Part shown: one piece after another, positions 61,286 to 64,000 of the stretch
How the letters are laid out: each line of letters begins with the position of its first letter
Numbering within the stretch: position 1 is the stretch's first letter
NCBI GenBank assembly: GCA_001949185.1
Contig: BDGG01000009.1
Location: 857,624 to 921,623 of the forward strand
Direction of reading: 5' to 3'
DNA length: 64,000 bases
DNA from: Ramazzottius varieornatus
Taxonomy: Eukaryota; Animalia; Tardigrada
Made by a program: the position numbers and the translations under genes
Notes under the pieces: generated by a model
What the model saw: only the letters and a program-made list of their open reading frames with translations
What the model was told of the DNA's origin: nothing
Database searches by the model: none

Positions 61286-61930
61286 ATCTGTCTCCACTCT
61301 GGACAAGGCAAAGGCAGCTTTGGTACCTAACACCGAGTTCTCTTTGTCGGATGGAACAACCGACGACGAGGGAGACAACAATGATGGAACTGGCGACGAT
61401 ACCAGCCTCGCTGCGGAAGAAATTATCGATATCCCTAATCCACCCTCTGTTCAATCGTCCACAGGTAGACACAGCCCGTTATCAGTACATTGATGGATGA
61501 ACCATGCTGAACATAACTCAGTGAATTTTGCAGCATCCACGTTGTCCAGCGCTAGCAAGCCGAAGAGAAACAGCAGTGGGTTGCTTGTCTCTCAGCAAGT
61601 GGAAGAAATAAATGAGGAAGAGAATAACTGGTCAGTCAAGCTGATGAGCTGACGAAAGCCTTGGGTGTTATTGGTGCGAAGTCTGACTCTCCAGAAGCAT
61701 AATACGGTATGTGCACTACAGTATCTAATCGAAAGTTTTTTAGTCTAAAATCCGACATTCATCTTGCTGTTAATCACCACGTGGTGTTTGGTGATATTTT
61801 TGTTACGTTATAGGCTCCTACATAACGGCAACGTTGCTGAATCAAGATGCAGCTGGTCGTTAAACCCTCCGACAGAAGATTGACCAAGCGGTGGCAGTCT
61901 TTCTGTACGAGAAAGCAACGGGATTCGGTT
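61286..61930 (+). pseudogene. Possible remnant of the Harbinger partner (second, DNA-binding) ORF
   Basis: AG/GT-bounded exon-like blocks (~61286-61464 acidic 'SDGTTDDEGDNNDGTGDD', ~61534-61706, ~61814 onward) converge on the transposase and contain stops. No Myb/MADF domain is visible, so the assignment rests on position. Confidence 0.35.
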
Positions 61931-62062
61931 TCCCTTACCGTCCTAGCACGCCCGTTTCCACGGAAGAGCACAACTTTGACAGCACCATTTAAGACTTTAC
62001 GGTTTTATAGAAGTTTCTACATCACCAGCTTTTATGTAAACAGCTTTAAAGCAGCAATATTC

Positions 62063-63596
62063 TCATTTCTTTAATGTACCAAATACAATGTTTTCTTGCC
62101 ACGGTACGCTTCCATAAGAACTAAAAAATTCAGAAAAATCTTCTCTTGTTCTGATAGCAGCACGTCCAGTCTTATTTCCGCTTAGTTTGAGAGGAATCAT
62201 ACTTGCAGGCATCGTCTTACGCCAGGAACCAGGTACAATGCTACCGTCGGGAGCCTCGCTGTCCACCAAGGTTGGTTGGATGTAGCTCTCGCCGCTCTTC
62301 GCATTTTCTTTTATCAAAAAATTATGCAGCGCGCAGCATGCTAGGGTGAGGTAGATGACCTGCATAGGTTCCAGGTCGATTGGTCCCTTGAAGATTCTCC
62401 AATTTGCCGCAAGGATGCCGAAAGCATTCTCCACCACCCGCCGAGCCCTTGACGATCTGCAAGTTTTAATATACATAAAATATTCAGGCCGATTGAACAC
62501 CTCTACGTACAAAATATCGAACCTGTAGTTGAAGATGCGTTCATGGCTATTTAAACTCGACGAAGCGTATCCTGGGAATGGTCGCAATAAATTTTCGGAC
62601 ATGGGGAATGCAGCATTGGCCACGAACGCGTACGGTAGCATCTTCGAACACTGTTCTGGCTTTCTAGGAGGAGGTAGAACTAACTCCCCGTCGTTCAGAG
62701 CTCGGCCCAGAGTACAGTTCTGCCACGTTCCACCGTCGCTTTCCACCGTCCAAACCCACCAACGTCCACATACTCAAATGTGTAGTCCGCTCTCGCTACA
62801 GCCATAAGAACGACTGAGTGTGTTCCCTTGTAGTTGATCCACTTACTCCCACCATTTCTTGGTTTCTACAAAAAGTTTACAACCGTAAAAGGTTCACAAG
62901 GAGAAAGGCGCCTAATCTCAAACATAGTTTTACCTTGATTTGGACATGTTTCCCGTCAATGGCGCCGATGCAATCAGGAAAGTTCCACATAGCCTAGAAT
63001 TTCTCAGCGTTCTGCTTCCATCTCTCCTTGCTTGGTTCACATATGTAGAGATCTTTCAGAGCATCGTATATGGCCTTCATTGTTTCTTTGAAAATTTGCT
63101 GATCGTTGTTTGAGATATAGCTAACGAATGGGCTGCCGCGGTCTGCGTGATACCCATTCCAAGAATTCTGTAAGAACATCTGCTCGTCATAACTCTCCCA
63201 TTCCATATACCAGATTAAGGAATACAAATATTACTTGGTTTTACTTTAAAGTCGGAACGAGTCGTTGTTCAGCTGTGATGGGCTGTATATGCATTGACTG
63301 ATGAGTTATCAACGGTGTGACTAGCTTTAGCAGCATCTTGAACAATGGCTCGGACATCCGGAAACATTCCTTGTAGTATTCCATGTCCTCTGCGAAGGTT
63401 TTCACTCTTCTCACGTACTCTCCAGATTCTCCCTATTCACGTTAACGGGACGGACATACCATCTTCTTGCCTTCCGTTGACGAGAAAGAAGGGATAAGCA
63501 TTGTTGTCGCTTGAGCGCCACTTTGCGTTGTTGTAATCTGACCAAACGTAACCGACAATTCAACAGTAAAGCAGTAACAGCAGATCTAAAATCCAT
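62063..63596 (-). mobile_element. PIF/Harbinger transposase (DDE_Tnp_4/HARBI1-like), intron-containing, inactivated
   Basis: RRWYVRP; YKECFRMSEPLFKMLLKLVTP; ITAEQRL; WNFPDCIGAIDGKHVQIK; [13 protein letters not shown]; ESDGG; FVANAAFP (second catalytic D reads N); ERIFNYR|SSRARRVVENAFGILAANWRIF; ACCALHNFL. In-frame TAG at 62996-62994 plus frameshifts. Confidence 0.9.
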
Positions 63597-64000
63597 TTCA
63601 AAAGAACGATAACTTTCCAAGGATAAGCGATGAAATAACTTCAGCGAAACAGGAGATCAAAAATTAAAGCGGGATTTATTGACAGTGGAACAGCAAAACC
63701 ATGCTGGCACAAGTGTCATAGCATACTCGGAACAACGGAATTTGAGTAGCGAAGACAGGTACTTGTGCTTGTTCCTGCTTAGGTCGCTACCGTCAAATTC
63801 CGATCTTTCGCTCAACAGAAAATTAGCTCAACTGCGACTAGGTCGCGACGGAAACCTAGCTTCCTGACCCGAGTATAGTACTGACCTAAGAAGTTTCGTC
63901 GAGCACGGGATGTCAAGCTGCTTGCGCAACAACCTGGTGTAATCATTCAGAGGTGCGTCGCCTGCCTTGCTTATCCGTGAGCCATGTTCGTTTGCCCACG

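Noticed and set aside
61636-61675. CTGATGAG-CTGA-CGAAA resembling a hammerhead ribozyme core
   Set aside because: Stem II would be one base pair, and I could not form stem III with a correctly placed NUH cleavage triplet.

Overview
Compact, intron-rich animal genomic DNA with GT-AG introns mostly 50-300 nt long. It is probably an ecdysozoan. Three eclosion-hormone paralogues and the compact gene layout suggest a tardigrade, but that assignment is inference only. The first ~55.5 kb is gene-dense, and I reconstructed spliced models by hand. These are a 5'-truncated APC, three eclosion-hormone-like prepropeptides, an intronless Gln/RS-rich orphan, a Caskin-like SAM-SAM scaffold, an ~870-aa disordered orphan with a dehydrin-like segment, a secreted cadherin-fold protein, four paralogous secreted single-VWC proteins, glyoxalase II head-to-head with serine racemase, BBS5 and a Hikaru-genki-like CCP/Ig protein. 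From ~55.5 to 64 kb there is a nest of decayed transposons: an Ngaro/DIRS tyrosine-recombinase retroelement, a long-TIR MITE and a PIF/Harbinger element. The most striking unexplained structure is a ~120-bp palindromic element at about 37 loci, roughly one per 1.5 kb, in introns and intergenic DNA and never in modelled exons. Its 11-bp inverted core (AAGTGGCGCAC...GTGCGCCACTT) is strongly conserved around a spacer that has diverged in sequence but is 25 nt in most copies counted. The core often multimerises with a 73-82 bp period, and it is absent from the transposon-rich end of the window. All gene models and counts were made by eye and need RNA-seq and database confirmation.
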